A stretch of DNA of 64,000 nucleotides from Chthoniobacteraceae bacterium (GTDB lineage: Bacteria > Verrucomicrobiota > Verrucomicrobiia > Chthoniobacterales > Chthoniobacteraceae): positions 43,150 through 107,149 of the forward strand of contig JANNXQ010000170.1 of NCBI GenBank assembly GCA_031409655.1, read 5' to 3'. The translations under genes and the position numbers were made by a program. This document shows, piece after piece, positions 54,839 to 64,000 of this stretch. A model generated the notes under the pieces. That model had not been told where the DNA came from. It saw only the letters and a list, made by a program, of their open reading frames with translations, and did no database searches. The first letter of the stretch is position 1, and each line of letters opens with the position of its first letter.

Positions 54839-57547
54839 ATGCGCCCGCTCCTCCAGCGGACTCGCCTGCTCCTTCCGAGATGCTTTCGGGATCTGCTCGC
54901 GGTCCTTCTTTTCTTCGTCCCCTCCAGCGACTCGCAGGCGGCCGAGGCGGTGCGGCCGGAAGTGCTGATCCTGCTCTCGCACAATCCTTCCGATCCGTGG
55001 GCGGTGGCGGAACTCGATGGCATGCAGAAAGTGCTCGGGAAAGCCCGGGGACGCGGGCCCGCGGTGGTCGAGTACATGGATTGGCAGGGCGGGTCCGGTG
55101 CCGAGTACGACGCCACTCTTTTTTCCTACTACCGGAAGAAGTTTGCGCAGCATCGCTTCCGGCTGGTGCTCGCCGCCGACGATCCGGCGCTCCAGTTTCT
55201 CCTCGCGCACCGGGGCGCGCTTTTCCCGGACGCTCAGGCGGTTTTCTGCGGGATTCCGAGAGTGCCCGCAGGATTCCGGGCCGGGCGGCCCTGGCTGACG
55301 GGAGTGCTCGAGACTAATGATCCCGCCGCGACGTTGCGGCTCGCCCTGAGCCTTCAGCCAAAGCTCGCGCGTTTCTACATTCTCGAAGACAGCACCCTCA
55401 GCGGTGCTGGCGTGCAGCGGCGTCTGGAGCAGGATCTGGTGGGGGCGGAAAAGAACATTGCGCTCGAACTGCTCCGCGCGGACACCGCTCAGGCGCTCTT
55501 CGCCGCCGTCGAAAATCTCCCGGCCGACAGCGCGGTGCTCCTGACCCGCTCGCGGGTCGCCCGGCGGATGCTCACCGAACTGCGCGCGCGCGGCCCGGTG
55601 CCGATCTATGGCCAGCGCAGTCCGGGGCATCTCGAAGGGATCGTGGGCGGCGCCTTGATTGACGGTGGCGCCCACGGTGAAGCCGCGGCCCGAATCGGTC
55701 TGCGCCTGCTCGGCGGCGAATCCGCGGCGAACATTTCCCTCAAGCAAGATGTCCCCTTGCGGTTCGTGGTGGACTATCCGGAGATGCTCCGGCTTGGCCT
55801 GCCCTTTTCCCCCCTGCCCGCCAGTGTCGAACTCCTCAACCGCCCGCGTCGGATCTGGGAGGACCACCCGAAGCTGACGCAAGCGACCGCGGTGGCGCTC
55901 GGCTCGCTCGCGATTCTCGCCCTACTGCTGGGTCTGGGTTCGCGGCAAAATCGGCGCACGGCCGAGGCGCTCAAGAGTTCCGTTTCGCTGCTGAATGCAA
56001 CCCTCGACGCCACCGCGGACGGCGTGCTCGCCGTGGACAGCACGGGCAAGGTGACGGGGTACAATGGGAAATTCCTGGAGCTCTGGCGGATCCCGCCCGA
56101 ACTCGCCGCCCGCCGGGATGATGGGCTGATTCTGGGGTCGGTGCTTGAGCAATTGCGCAATCCGGAGCTTTTCCAAAAGCGCGTGCAACAGCTCTCCGCA
56201 GCGCCGGAGGCGGAGAGCTTCGATGTCATTGAGTTCAAGGACGGACGCACTTTGGAGCGGCGTTCGCGCCCGCAGCGCCTCGAAGGCCGGATCATCGGGC
56301 GGGTCTGGACCTTTGCGGACATCACGGAACGCCGGCGCGCCGAGCAGAAGCATCGCAAGCTGGAGGCGGATCTCGCCCACGCGCAAAAGCTCGAAGCTCT
56401 CGGCACGCTCGCTGGAGGCATCGCGCATGATTTTAATAACCTGCTCACCGCCATCCTCGGATACACGCAGCTCGCGCACGATTCGCTGCCCGCCGCGGAA
56501 AGCGCACGTGCCGATCTCGAAGTCGTGCTCAGCGCCAGCGAGCGCGCGCGGGATCTCGTCCAGCAGATCCTCACCTTCAGCCGCAAAGGCCCGACCGAAC
56601 ACCGCTATGTGACCCTCGACGGGGTGGTGCAGGACGCCATCCGACTCCTGCGCGCCTCCACCCCGGCCGCGATCGACCTGCAACTCGACATCCAGCAGGG
56701 CGACCGCACCGTCCTCGCGGACAGCTCGCAAGTGCATCAGGCCATCCTCAACCTGGTCGGCAATGCTGCGCAGGCGCTGGGCCGGCAGCCGGGCAAGATC
56801 ACGGTCACGCTCGCGCCCATCGAGTTGACCGCCGCGCTGGCCCGCGAGAAGCCGCCGCTCCGGGAGGCTTCCTACATGTGCCTGACCGTGGCCGACACCG
56901 GGCAGGGCATCGAAGGTGAGACGCTGCTCCGCATCTTCGATCCCTTCTTCACGACGAAGGAGACGGGCGAAGGCACGGGCCTCGGGCTCGCGGTGGTACA
57001 CGGCATCATGCAGGGGCACGGCGGGGCCGTGACGGTGGAGAGCCGGATCGGTGCGGGTACCATGTTTCGGCTTTTTTTCCCCATCGTCGAGGCTCCGGCC
57101 ACCGGCGATCAGCCGGCCGTGGCGCTCCCGGATGCCGGGCGGCACGAGCGCCTGCTGCTCCTGGATGACGATGCGAAGGTTCTGCACGTCGCCCAGCGCG
57201 TGCTCGAGATGCTCAAGTACCAAGTCACCCCGTGCCTCGTGGCGGAGGCGGCTCTGGAGATCTTGCGGGCGCAGGCCGCTGACTACGACGCGGTGGTCAC
57301 GGATCTGAATATGCCGAAGATGAGCGGCATCGAGTTCACGGAAGCATTGCGGTGTTTCTGCCCGGACATGCCCGTCGTCCTGGTCACGGGCTACCTCGGC
57401 GATGGCGAGGTGGAAAGCCGCGCGGCGGAACTCGAGATCGCGGCGGTCGTCGAGAAGCCCTTTACCTCCGCGTCACTCGGCACGGCGGTGCGCGCGGCCA
57501 TCGATCGCCGAAACGCCGCCGTCCCGGATAACGAGGCGGCGGCGTAA
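54839..57547 (+). CDS. Hybrid sensor histidine kinase (periplasmic sensor, TM, PAS, HisKA, HATPase, REC)
   Basis: GTLAGGIAHDFNNLL H-box, NLVGNA, DTGQG, FDPFFTTK, GTGLGL; receiver LLDDD..TDLNMPKMSG..EKPF. Confidence 0.93.
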   Translation: MRPLLQRTRLLLPRCFRDLLAVLLFFVPSSDSQAAEAVRPEVLILLSHNPSDPWAVAELDGMQKVLGKARGRGPAVVEYMDWQGGSGAEYDATLFSYYRKKFAQHRFRLVLAADDPALQFLLAHRGALFPDAQAVFCGIPRVPAGFRAGRPWLTGVLETNDPAATLRLALSLQPKLARFYILEDSTLSGAGVQRRLEQDLVGAEKNIALELLRADTAQALFAAVENLPADSAVLLTRSRVARRMLTELRARGPVPIYGQRSPGHLEGIVGGALIDGGAHGEAAARIGLRLLGGESAANISLKQDVPLRFVVDYPEMLRLGLPFSPLPASVELLNRPRRIWEDHPKLTQATAVALGSLAILALLLGLGSRQNRRTAEALKSSVSLLNATLDATADGVLAVDSTGKVTGYNGKFLELWRIPPELAARRDDGLILGSVLEQLRNPELFQKRVQQLSAAPEAESFDVIEFKDGRTLERRSRPQRLEGRIIGRVWTFADITERRRAEQKHRKLEADLAHAQKLEALGTLAGGIAHDFNNLLTAILGYTQLAHDSLPAAESARADLEVVLSASERARDLVQQILTFSRKGPTEHRYVTLDGVVQDAIRLLRASTPAAIDLQLDIQQGDRTVLADSSQVHQAILNLVGNAAQALGRQPGKITVTLAPIELTAALAREKPPLREASYMCLTVADTGQGIEGETLLRIFDPFFTTKETGEGTGLGLAVVHGIMQGHGGAVTVESRIGAGTMFRLFFPIVEAPATGDQPAVALPDAGRHERLLLLDDDAKVLHVAQRVLEMLKYQVTPCLVAEAALEILRAQAADYDAVVTDLNMPKMSGIEFTEALRCFCPDMPVVLVTGYLGDGEVESRAAELEIAAVVEKPFTSASLGTAVRAAIDRRNAAVPDNEAAA

Positions 57548-57628
57548 AGTGGCGGGAGCGGAGCGGCCATAGGCTAAGCTCGGTCGCCGGCGGGATGCGC
57601 CAGACGACCGGGCCGAAGCCGGCGGCGC

Positions 57629-60600
57629 TTACAGTTGTGGATCGAAGGTCACCGGGCCGGTCGCCCGGTCACCGGTGAACAATCCATAGCCGATGTTCTG
57701 CTTTTGCAGCACCACGCCGCGGAAGCTGTACGCCTTGTTTTGGAAGTCGTAGAAGGTACCGGTGAAGTTGCCGTTGCCGCCATCGAGGAAGAACGAGAAG
57801 GCCTCGCTGCCGATGATCTTGACGGTGTTCCCACTGACCGTGAGGTAGCGAGTCGCATCCCCCGGAGCGATGCCTCCACCCTTATGGTTGAAGGAGCCGT
57901 AGCCGCCGGGCGAACTGACGATCTGCGGGCGCGTCGGCGGAGCGACGTAGATCGAACCTTCGACCGTGGATTGCCCGGTGAAGGCCGATGGATACATGAC
58001 CGTGGAGGTGGACGGCTTGAACCAAGTGAGGGTGCCGGTGACCTGATTGAACGCCGAGGAATCCCGGAGCGTCATCCAGCCGCCGAACGAGCCCTTCCCG
58101 GAGTAGAGCGAGACGCAGAAGGGCACTTCGCCATCCGCGGAGATCGAGGCACCCTGGCTGATGCCGGTCTGGTCGCCAAGGGCGCCGATGAACCACACCG
58201 AGCCCGTCGTCGAGACGGTGATGTAACCCCAGCCAGTGCCTTTCGGGTAACTCGACTCAGGACGATTTGGATCGGTGGGGAAGACCACGGTGTAGCGTCC
58301 GGCGCGAGGTGCGGGCTGCGACGTGGAGTAGAACGGCGGCCGGATGGCCACGACGTTCGCGACCTTCGTGCCAAACTCCGTCACCGAGCCAGTCAGGCGG
58401 CCATTGGTGTTCCCGGCGTCGATTTGCAAGGCGAGGCGGAAGTTGGTGTTCGGCACTGCGCCCTCGAAGCTGCCATTCGTGCCGAAGGTCCCGGTGAAGG
58501 CCGTCGTCGTGCTGCCGATCATCACGGAAGCGGAGAAGGACCGGCTCGAATTGATGGTCAGCGTCGCCTTCCCGGATTTCGCAAAGTCCAGGGAGAGCGG
58601 CTGGATCAAGCCAGTGTAGTTTCCGCTGAGCGCGTTGAAATTCACCGTGCCAGTTGGAGTGGGAGTAGGTGTCGGAGTGGGAGTCGGCGTCGGCGTTGGC
58701 GTTGGCGTTGGAGTCGGCGTTGGAGTTGGCGGAGAGACAAAGCCGCCGTCGTTGTTCTCGATCGTGTAGGTGTAGGTGGACCTGCCGCCGAGGAAGGCAT
58801 TGACGGGACTCGAGAGCGTGACCTGCACCGTCTCGTTCGCTTCCGCCGTCGAGTCGTTGACGATCGGGAGCTTGAAGAAGCGATACTGCTCGCCGGGCGG
58901 GAAGGTGAGGGTGCCTGAGACGGAGGTGTAATCCGAGCCCGAGGACGCCGAACCCCCGGAGACGAAGTAATTCACCTGGACCGTCGAGCCCGAGATATTG
59001 CTCAACTTCACCAGCGGGAAATCATTTTTCATGAATTCGCTGCCGCTGTCCGAGCTGAGGAGAAACTCCACCGCAGGCTGACTGCCGGCAACGGTGTATT
59101 TCGCGGCATTGATGAAGCTGTCCTGCATCCCGGACTTAAAGGCGCGGGTCTTCACCGTGGCGCTCGAATAGAGCTGGAAAGGCCCGGAGTAGGTGGGCGA
59201 GGAGAAGCCGGGGTCCGAGCCGTCCGTGGTGTAGCGGATCGTGGCGCCGCTGGCGAAAGCGGGATCGATATCGAGCTTTACGGTCACCGGGCCGGTGATG
59301 GGGCCGGAGAGACGCGGGCTGATCGACGGCCAGGAGACGCGGGCGCTCGAGTTGAAGAGCACGTAGTCGCCCTCCATGTCGCCCGTGGTGATGCTGCTGA
59401 TTTGATTGCCGAAGCGATCATAGTGCGTCCGCCCGGTCGGCAGGGACACGGTCTTGTAGCCGCCCGTCCAGTTCAGGTAGCAGATGCCGCCTTCACATTC
59501 GCGCCAGTAGAGGCGGCTGCCGATCTGCTTGCCGGGCTCCTGGGCGCTCTGCCAGCCAGAGGTCGGGCGACCGAGGCGATTGCGCATATCGGCCCAGAGC
59601 GCGGGGTCGATTTCGCGGGAGGAGGAGTCTTTGGGCCCGAAGAAAAAGTTGTCGCCACCGAAGATCAGGAAGGACATGAACGACCGGCGGAGGAGTGTGG
59701 AATCCCACGGATTCATGGGACACTCGAAGATCTCGACCATGCCGATGGAGCCGCGGTAGTAGCCCTCGGACAGGGCCTTGAAGAAGTCCTCGCGATACCA
59801 ATCGCTCGTGCCATTGGCGTGGTACCAGAAGTCTTCGCGGATGACGCCGTCGATCACCGCCGCCATGTCGGCATGCCGGTATTGTTGTTCGTCGCTCAGG
59901 CCGATGTCGTTCGTGGCGACCTTGATGTTGGGCGCGAGTTCTTTGATTTTGCGCAGGAGGTAGATGTTCGCGTCGATCCACTCGCCGGCGCTCTGGGCGT
60001 AGGGCTGGTCCCAGGGAACATTATTGCGGTAGCCGCCAAAATCATCGACCACGCCATAGAGTTCGCGGCGGAAAGTGCCGTTGTCCGAGCCGACCCACCA
60101 GTTTTGGTAGTAGTTGTTCGAGAGGATGCCGCGCAGGTAGTTTTTGATCCAAAACTTCACAAACCGGTCGTCCCGGATGTGGACGGCCTGGAAAGGATAC
60201 TGGGCATTAAACCCGCCGTAGCCGAAATAGACGGGGCGCTTTTTGCCGGCATAAGTGGCGGTGACGATGAGCGAGGCGCGGCCTTGGGCGATTTCGTCGT
60301 TGTTAAAGGCGACAAACTCCGACCACGGGAAGTAGGCCAGACCGTTGCCATCATCCACGGAAGCAAAGTGTTGCAGTCGACCGTGGAGGCCCTTCACGGC
60401 ATCCGGCGACATCGCGCCGAAATCCATGTTGGTGCGGCCAAATTCCGCGCCGAGCCGGCTCCATTGATTGCCATAGGCGTAGGCGAAGTAGCCGCCGCGT
60501 TCCGTGTCCATCACGGTGCGATTGACCCGGCCAGGGGCCTGGGCGTGGACGGTTCCGGTGATCGCGAAGCAGAAGCTGGCGAGGGCGAGGGCGATGATCC

Positions 60601-60640
60601 TGCGACCTCGTCGCAGGGATAGATGACGGCACGTATTCAT
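57629..60640 (-). CDS. Secreted modular protein: putative glycoside hydrolase (GHL15-like) domain, chitobiase/Fn3-associated domain, Calx-beta, Pro-Thr linker, uncharacterised C-terminal beta domain
   Basis: Signal peptide ending VHA-Q; DGVIREDFW and LGRPTS..LYWRECEGGICYLN; IRYTTDGSDP..SPTYSGP; GSDYTSVSGTLTFPPGE..IVNDSTAEANET; (PT)n linker. Confidence 0.7.
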   Translation of the reverse strand: MNTCRHLSLRRGRRIIALALASFCFAITGTVHAQAPGRVNRTVMDTERGGYFAYAYGNQWSRLGAEFGRTNMDFGAMSPDAVKGLHGRLQHFASVDDGNGLAYFPWSEFVAFNNDEIAQGRASLIVTATYAGKKRPVYFGYGGFNAQYPFQAVHIRDDRFVKFWIKNYLRGILSNNYYQNWWVGSDNGTFRRELYGVVDDFGGYRNNVPWDQPYAQSAGEWIDANIYLLRKIKELAPNIKVATNDIGLSDEQQYRHADMAAVIDGVIREDFWYHANGTSDWYREDFFKALSEGYYRGSIGMVEIFECPMNPWDSTLLRRSFMSFLIFGGDNFFFGPKDSSSREIDPALWADMRNRLGRPTSGWQSAQEPGKQIGSRLYWRECEGGICYLNWTGGYKTVSLPTGRTHYDRFGNQISSITTGDMEGDYVLFNSSARVSWPSISPRLSGPITGPVTVKLDIDPAFASGATIRYTTDGSDPGFSSPTYSGPFQLYSSATVKTRAFKSGMQDSFINAAKYTVAGSQPAVEFLLSSDSGSEFMKNDFPLVKLSNISGSTVQVNYFVSGGSASSGSDYTSVSGTLTFPPGEQYRFFKLPIVNDSTAEANETVQVTLSSPVNAFLGGRSTYTYTIENNDGGFVSPPTPTPTPTPTPTPTPTPTPTPTPTPTGTVNFNALSGNYTGLIQPLSLDFAKSGKATLTINSSRSFSASVMIGSTTTAFTGTFGTNGSFEGAVPNTNFRLALQIDAGNTNGRLTGSVTEFGTKVANVVAIRPPFYSTSQPAPRAGRYTVVFPTDPNRPESSYPKGTGWGYITVSTTGSVWFIGALGDQTGISQGASISADGEVPFCVSLYSGKGSFGGWMTLRDSSAFNQVTGTLTWFKPSTSTVMYPSAFTGQSTVEGSIYVAPPTRPQIVSSPGGYGSFNHKGGGIAPGDATRYLTVSGNTVKIIGSEAFSFFLDGGNGNFTGTFYDFQNKAYSFRGVVLQKQNIGYGLFTGDRATGPVTFDPQL
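58651..58731 (-). repeat. Coding hexamer repeat encoding a (Pro-Thr)n linker
   Basis: Degenerate gttgga/gtggga/gtcggc units on the plus strand; protein PPTPTPT...PT. Confidence 0.85.
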
Positions 60641-60928
60641 GGAATTTGCGACCTCACCAAAATTAGTGGGCCGAGGGATAGCGTTTTTGCGGGGAGTGGG
60701 GAAAATTCCGCATACCTCCCACAGGGTTGAGGGCAGGGGGCCTACGGGACGCATAGGACGATGGACTACGTGAACTTTTTTCCGAGGTTCCAGCCAGAAC
60801 GTGCAACCCGCTCAACTCGAAAACTTTCCATGCACCGGACAGGAGCCGCAGCTTCCCGACCACGCCAGTGGGCAAAAAATGCCGCATCGAAGTTCGCGGT
60901 GCGGACGCGGGTCTCTGCCGCGTCGCCC

Positions 60929-61846
60929 TTAGCGCGCCGTGGTCGGACCGCCGAGATGCTGACCGAAGAAAGCCGCCGCGATCTCCACGGTCTCGTCGCA
61001 CCACGGCTGGCTCATCCAGAAGGGATGCGGCGCGTCCTTCAAGGTATGCACCGCTGTCTCGACACCCAGCGCGCGCAGCTTGGCCTGCATCTCCGCGCGG
61101 CCAATCTTCAGCGTGTCCTTCTCTCCCTCGATGAAGATCGTCGGCGGCACGCCTGCCCGGACGTGGGTGATCGGCGAGGCCTGTTCGTAGATCGCCCGCC
61201 GATCTTCCAGCGTGCCGCCAAAGAACTTCACCGCACTGGCCGAGGATTTTCCCGCATTCGCGGTGACGAGATCCTGCGTCGCCGCCATGACGATGCTGGC
61301 CTGCACCGCGCTGGAAAATTCACGATGCGGCCCTTCGCCCTCGAACTCGGGCTTCCCGCTGGTCATCGCCAGCAGCCCGGAAAGATGCCCGCCCGCCGAG
61401 CCCCCCATCACGCCGATGCGCTCCGGGTCGAGCTTCAGCTCCTTCGCCTTTGCGCGGAGAAAGCGCACCGCGGCTTTGCAGTCGTGCAGTGCGGCAGGGT
61501 AGGGCGCCTCGGTGGAAAGCCGGTAACTGACCAGCGCGGTGACGAAGCCCCGCGCCGCGAGCCGCTCCATCATCGGTCGATCGCTCTCGATCTGCCTTTT
61601 CTCCCAACCGCCGCCGTGGATATCGAGGATCGCGGGATACGTCCCCGCCTTGTCTGGCACATAGACGATGAGATCCACGGTATGCTCGGGATAGACCGCA
61701 ACGAGGTGGGTGCTGCACGTCACCCCCGGCGGTGTCGCGGGCAGCACTTTCTGCCACTTCGGTCCGGCAGGCTTGGGCGCGGAGGTTTGGGAAAATGCGG
61801 AAAGGACGCCGCTGAGCAGGAGCGCGAGAGGGAGGAGGGATTTCAT
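60929..61846 (-). CDS. Secreted alpha/beta hydrolase (esterase, HGGG type)
   Basis: IHGGGW, GGSAGG nucleophile elbow, SPITHV, GEKD, PHPF; start MKSLLPLA. Confidence 0.9.
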   Translation of the reverse strand: MKSLLPLALLLSGVLSAFSQTSAPKPAGPKWQKVLPATPPGVTCSTHLVAVYPEHTVDLIVYVPDKAGTYPAILDIHGGGWEKRQIESDRPMMERLAARGFVTALVSYRLSTEAPYPAALHDCKAAVRFLRAKAKELKLDPERIGVMGGSAGGHLSGLLAMTSGKPEFEGEGPHREFSSAVQASIVMAATQDLVTANAGKSSASAVKFFGGTLEDRRAIYEQASPITHVRAGVPPTIFIEGEKDTLKIGRAEMQAKLRALGVETAVHTLKDAPHPFWMSQPWCDETVEIAAAFFGQHLGGPTTAR

Positions 61847-61871
61847 GAGGGATGGGAGAAGGTTACCTGGT

Positions 61872-62582
61872 TCACGGCGCGCGGAGCGCCGCTGCGATGC
61901 TGGCGGCGACGCGTTGCGCGAGGAATTCGGAGCCCTCGGTACTGAAGTGAACGTCGTTCGGACGCAGCATCGCCGCGGCCTGCGGGGCGATGGCTGCATT
62001 GAGATCGTCGATCGCCACCCCGTTTTCCTCCATCACCTTTCTCGCGATGGCGTTGTAGGCATCCACGCTGCCAAAGCGGCGGTCCGGCGCGATGTTGCCG
62101 CCATTAGGCACCGGGGTCGTCGTGGCCCAGATGAGCTTTGCGCCCGTGGCCTTCATTCGCGTCACGAGTTCGCGGAGGTTGCGTTCGTAGGTGTCCGGCG
62201 GCGCATGGCGGACTCCCTCGGGTGGGAGCTTGGCATCATGCAGTCCAAAGTTGAAATGGATCACTGCCCACTTCCCGTCGCCGAGCCACGAGGGGAGATG
62301 GTTCAAGCCATGGCCAGTCGAACTGCAATTCGTCGGAGGCCGATGCACATTCGCCTTTCCGCGGAGAAGATGGCGCGTCGGCACCGTATAGGCGATCGAG
62401 ATGGAGTCGCCGATGAGCAGCACCCGTGGGAGTCCCGGCACATCCTCGATGGTGGCGAGCGCTGGGTCGGGCGCGCGCTTGGCCGCTGCCGCGGGTTTCG
62501 CCGCGCCCTCGGCGGCGAAGCCAGGGGAGGTCAGGTTTAAGGCGAAGGTCGCCGCGAGGAGCAGGGAGAACGGAGGCTGCAT
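61872..62582 (-). CDS. Secreted SGNH/GDSL hydrolase
   Basis: LIGDSIS, FNFGLHD, WATTTPVP, NDVHF blocks. Confidence 0.9.
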   Translation of the reverse strand: MQPPFSLLLAATFALNLTSPGFAAEGAAKPAAAAKRAPDPALATIEDVPGLPRVLLIGDSISIAYTVPTRHLLRGKANVHRPPTNCSSTGHGLNHLPSWLGDGKWAVIHFNFGLHDAKLPPEGVRHAPPDTYERNLRELVTRMKATGAKLIWATTTPVPNGGNIAPDRRFGSVDAYNAIARKVMEENGVAIDDLNAAIAPQAAAMLRPNDVHFSTEGSEFLAQRVAASIAAALRAP

Positions 62583-62690
62583 GAGGTGTGGAGGAAAATC
62601 CACCGCCGCCGGTTCACTTAGAATTCCTTCCGTCCGAAGCCCTGCGATCCAGCGGGCGAGGCGCGGGCGTTTCCCGAGCGCGCCCTTTGG

Positions 62691-63866
62691 CTAGAGCCGG
62701 GTCAGCGGATTGTCGCGCACCTCCAGCGGGAAGGTCACGCGTCGTCCACCGAGACGGTGCGACTCGAAGACCGCGGTGATCATTTCCACGATCACCCGGC
62801 CATCGTGCGCGCTGCAGAGCGGCTGCCGATTTTCGCGAAGCGCGGCGAGCAGATCGCGCCCGCCGACGAGGTGCTTCATCGTGTCCCTGCCTTCATCGGC
62901 GAGCGGTTCGGGCTGGCCGATGCCGGCCGACGTGATCGGCGTCCACGCGCGCGCCTCTTGCACAGGTTGAAAGGGACTGCCGGCCAGCAGATGCGCGCAA
63001 GGATTCGCGTCGATGCGCAGATCGATGATCCCGCGCGTGCCGATGAGTTGCAGGCCGAAGCCCGCTTCCTTCGTGCCCGCATGCGCCACGGAATCGAAGA
63101 ACGCCGGCACCCCGCGCTCCATCTCGAAGCGTGCGTGCACTGCATTGCCCGCGAGCGGCCCGAGGCCTTCCGCGCCGTCCTGCACATCCTCGCGCACGAC
63201 CGGGCGGCGGTCCTGCAAGACCGTCGCCGAACACGCCCGCGGCTGGCCGCCGAAGAAGTTCACCAGATTGAAAAGATGCGAGCCGAGCACCCAGAGATCC
63301 AGGGAGCCGCCGCGGGCGTCCTCTTTGCCCCGTGCGCGCAGTTCGAGAAGCTGACCGATGGCGCCTTCTGCGATGAGGCGCGCGATGGTCGGCAGCGCGG
63401 GGTTCCAGCGATTGCGATGCGCGATGGCGAGCTTCACGTTCGCGCGATCGCAGGCGGTGACGATTTCATCCGCCTCCGCGAGCGTGCGGCAGAATGGTTT
63501 CTCGACGTAGATGCCGCGCGCGCCCGCCGCGACGGCCGCGAGGATGGCATCGCGATGCTGATCGACGTGCCGCATCCCCACGGCCACGAGGTCGGGCTGC
63601 ATCTCGGTGAGCATCTGCCGGTAGTCGGCGAAGCCTTTGCTGACGCCGAGTTTCTGGAGCGCGATGGGGAGATTCTTTTCGTCGGCATCGGCGACGGCGA
63701 CCACTTCTACTTCCGGCAGCGCGAGCCACATGGTGTCGAGCCCATGGCCAAAATCACCGCGCCCTTTGTGGCCGATGATCGCGACGCGCAGCTTCGGGTC
63801 CGCCGCCCGAGCGGCGAAGGCGAGAGTGGCGGCGGTGGTGGTGGCGAGAAATTGGCGGCGGTTCAT
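62691..63866 (-). CDS. Tat-exported Gfo/Idh/MocA oxidoreductase
   Basis: MNRRQFL Tat signal; IIGHKGRG, YVEKPF, GKEDARGG, LGSHLF. Confidence 0.9.
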   Translation of the reverse strand: MNRRQFLATTTAATLAFAARAADPKLRVAIIGHKGRGDFGHGLDTMWLALPEVEVVAVADADEKNLPIALQKLGVSKGFADYRQMLTEMQPDLVAVGMRHVDQHRDAILAAVAAGARGIYVEKPFCRTLAEADEIVTACDRANVKLAIAHRNRWNPALPTIARLIAEGAIGQLLELRARGKEDARGGSLDLWVLGSHLFNLVNFFGGQPRACSATVLQDRRPVVREDVQDGAEGLGPLAGNAVHARFEMERGVPAFFDSVAHAGTKEAGFGLQLIGTRGIIDLRIDANPCAHLLAGSPFQPVQEARAWTPITSAGIGQPEPLADEGRDTMKHLVGGRDLLAALRENRQPLCSAHDGRVIVEMITAVFESHRLGGRRVTFPLEVRDNPLTRL

Positions 63867-63901
63867 GGGGGAAAGATGAGCGTGGGTTGGTGCGAATCCG
63901 A

Positions 63902-63957
63902 GGAGCAGGGGCGCCCCCGCCCCCGGGAACAACACCGGGCGAGGGCGCCCCAGCGCC
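63902..63957. repeat. Inverted REP-like doublet upstream of the Gfo/Idh/MocA gene
   Basis: ggagcaggggcgcccccgccc (63902-63922) versus reverse complement of 63937-63957 (ggcgctggggcgccctcgccc): 18/21 match. Confidence 0.6.
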
Positions 63958-64000
63958 ATTGGCGTGCGACCAGGCGGGAAATTTCAAAAACAAAAAGCGG

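Noticed and set aside
60641..60928. Possible riboswitch in the leader of the secreted hydrolase gene
   Set aside because: No recognisable aptamer consensus or terminator by eye; an Rfam/Infernal scan would be needed.

Overview
GC-rich bacterial window whose gene content (Tat-exported DUF1501, Gfo/Idh/MocA and pyruvyl-transferase-like proteins, PA14/Calx-beta giants, few clear Shine-Dalgarno sites) suggests Verrucomicrobiota, possibly Chthoniobacter-like (inference). (1) 1-14.8 kb, minus strand: surface-glycan locus with a GbsR/MarR-type regulator, Wzm/Wzt ABC exporter, GT2/GT4 glycosyltransferases, three methyltransferases, two acyltransferases, a HAD-UbiA phosphoribosyltransferase fusion and a GT-C-like membrane protein. 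(2) 15.3-33.8 kb, plus strand and divergent from it: two tandem paralogous pairs of a giant (~2300-2470 aa) secreted DUF1800 protein plus a Tat-exported DUF1501 protein. The giants carry 8-9 copies of a ~80-aa beta module, several nested inside each other and inside PA14 and DUF1800 domains, at different positions in the two paralogs. This is the best candidate for an undescribed system. (3) 33.8-64 kb: mostly housekeeping (ALDH, Aas head-to-head with a Spinster-like MFS, mutS, hisG, small basic ribosomal-type peptide, TPR proteins, tRNA-Lys, pcm, purU, recJ, glgE, hybrid kinase, secreted glycoside-hydrolase-like protein, hydrolases). A perfect 26-bp REP-doublet palindrome lies in frame inside mutS, and there are several intergenic hairpins built from tandem 6-7-mers. 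Domain assignments come from motif recognition by eye; no searches were run.
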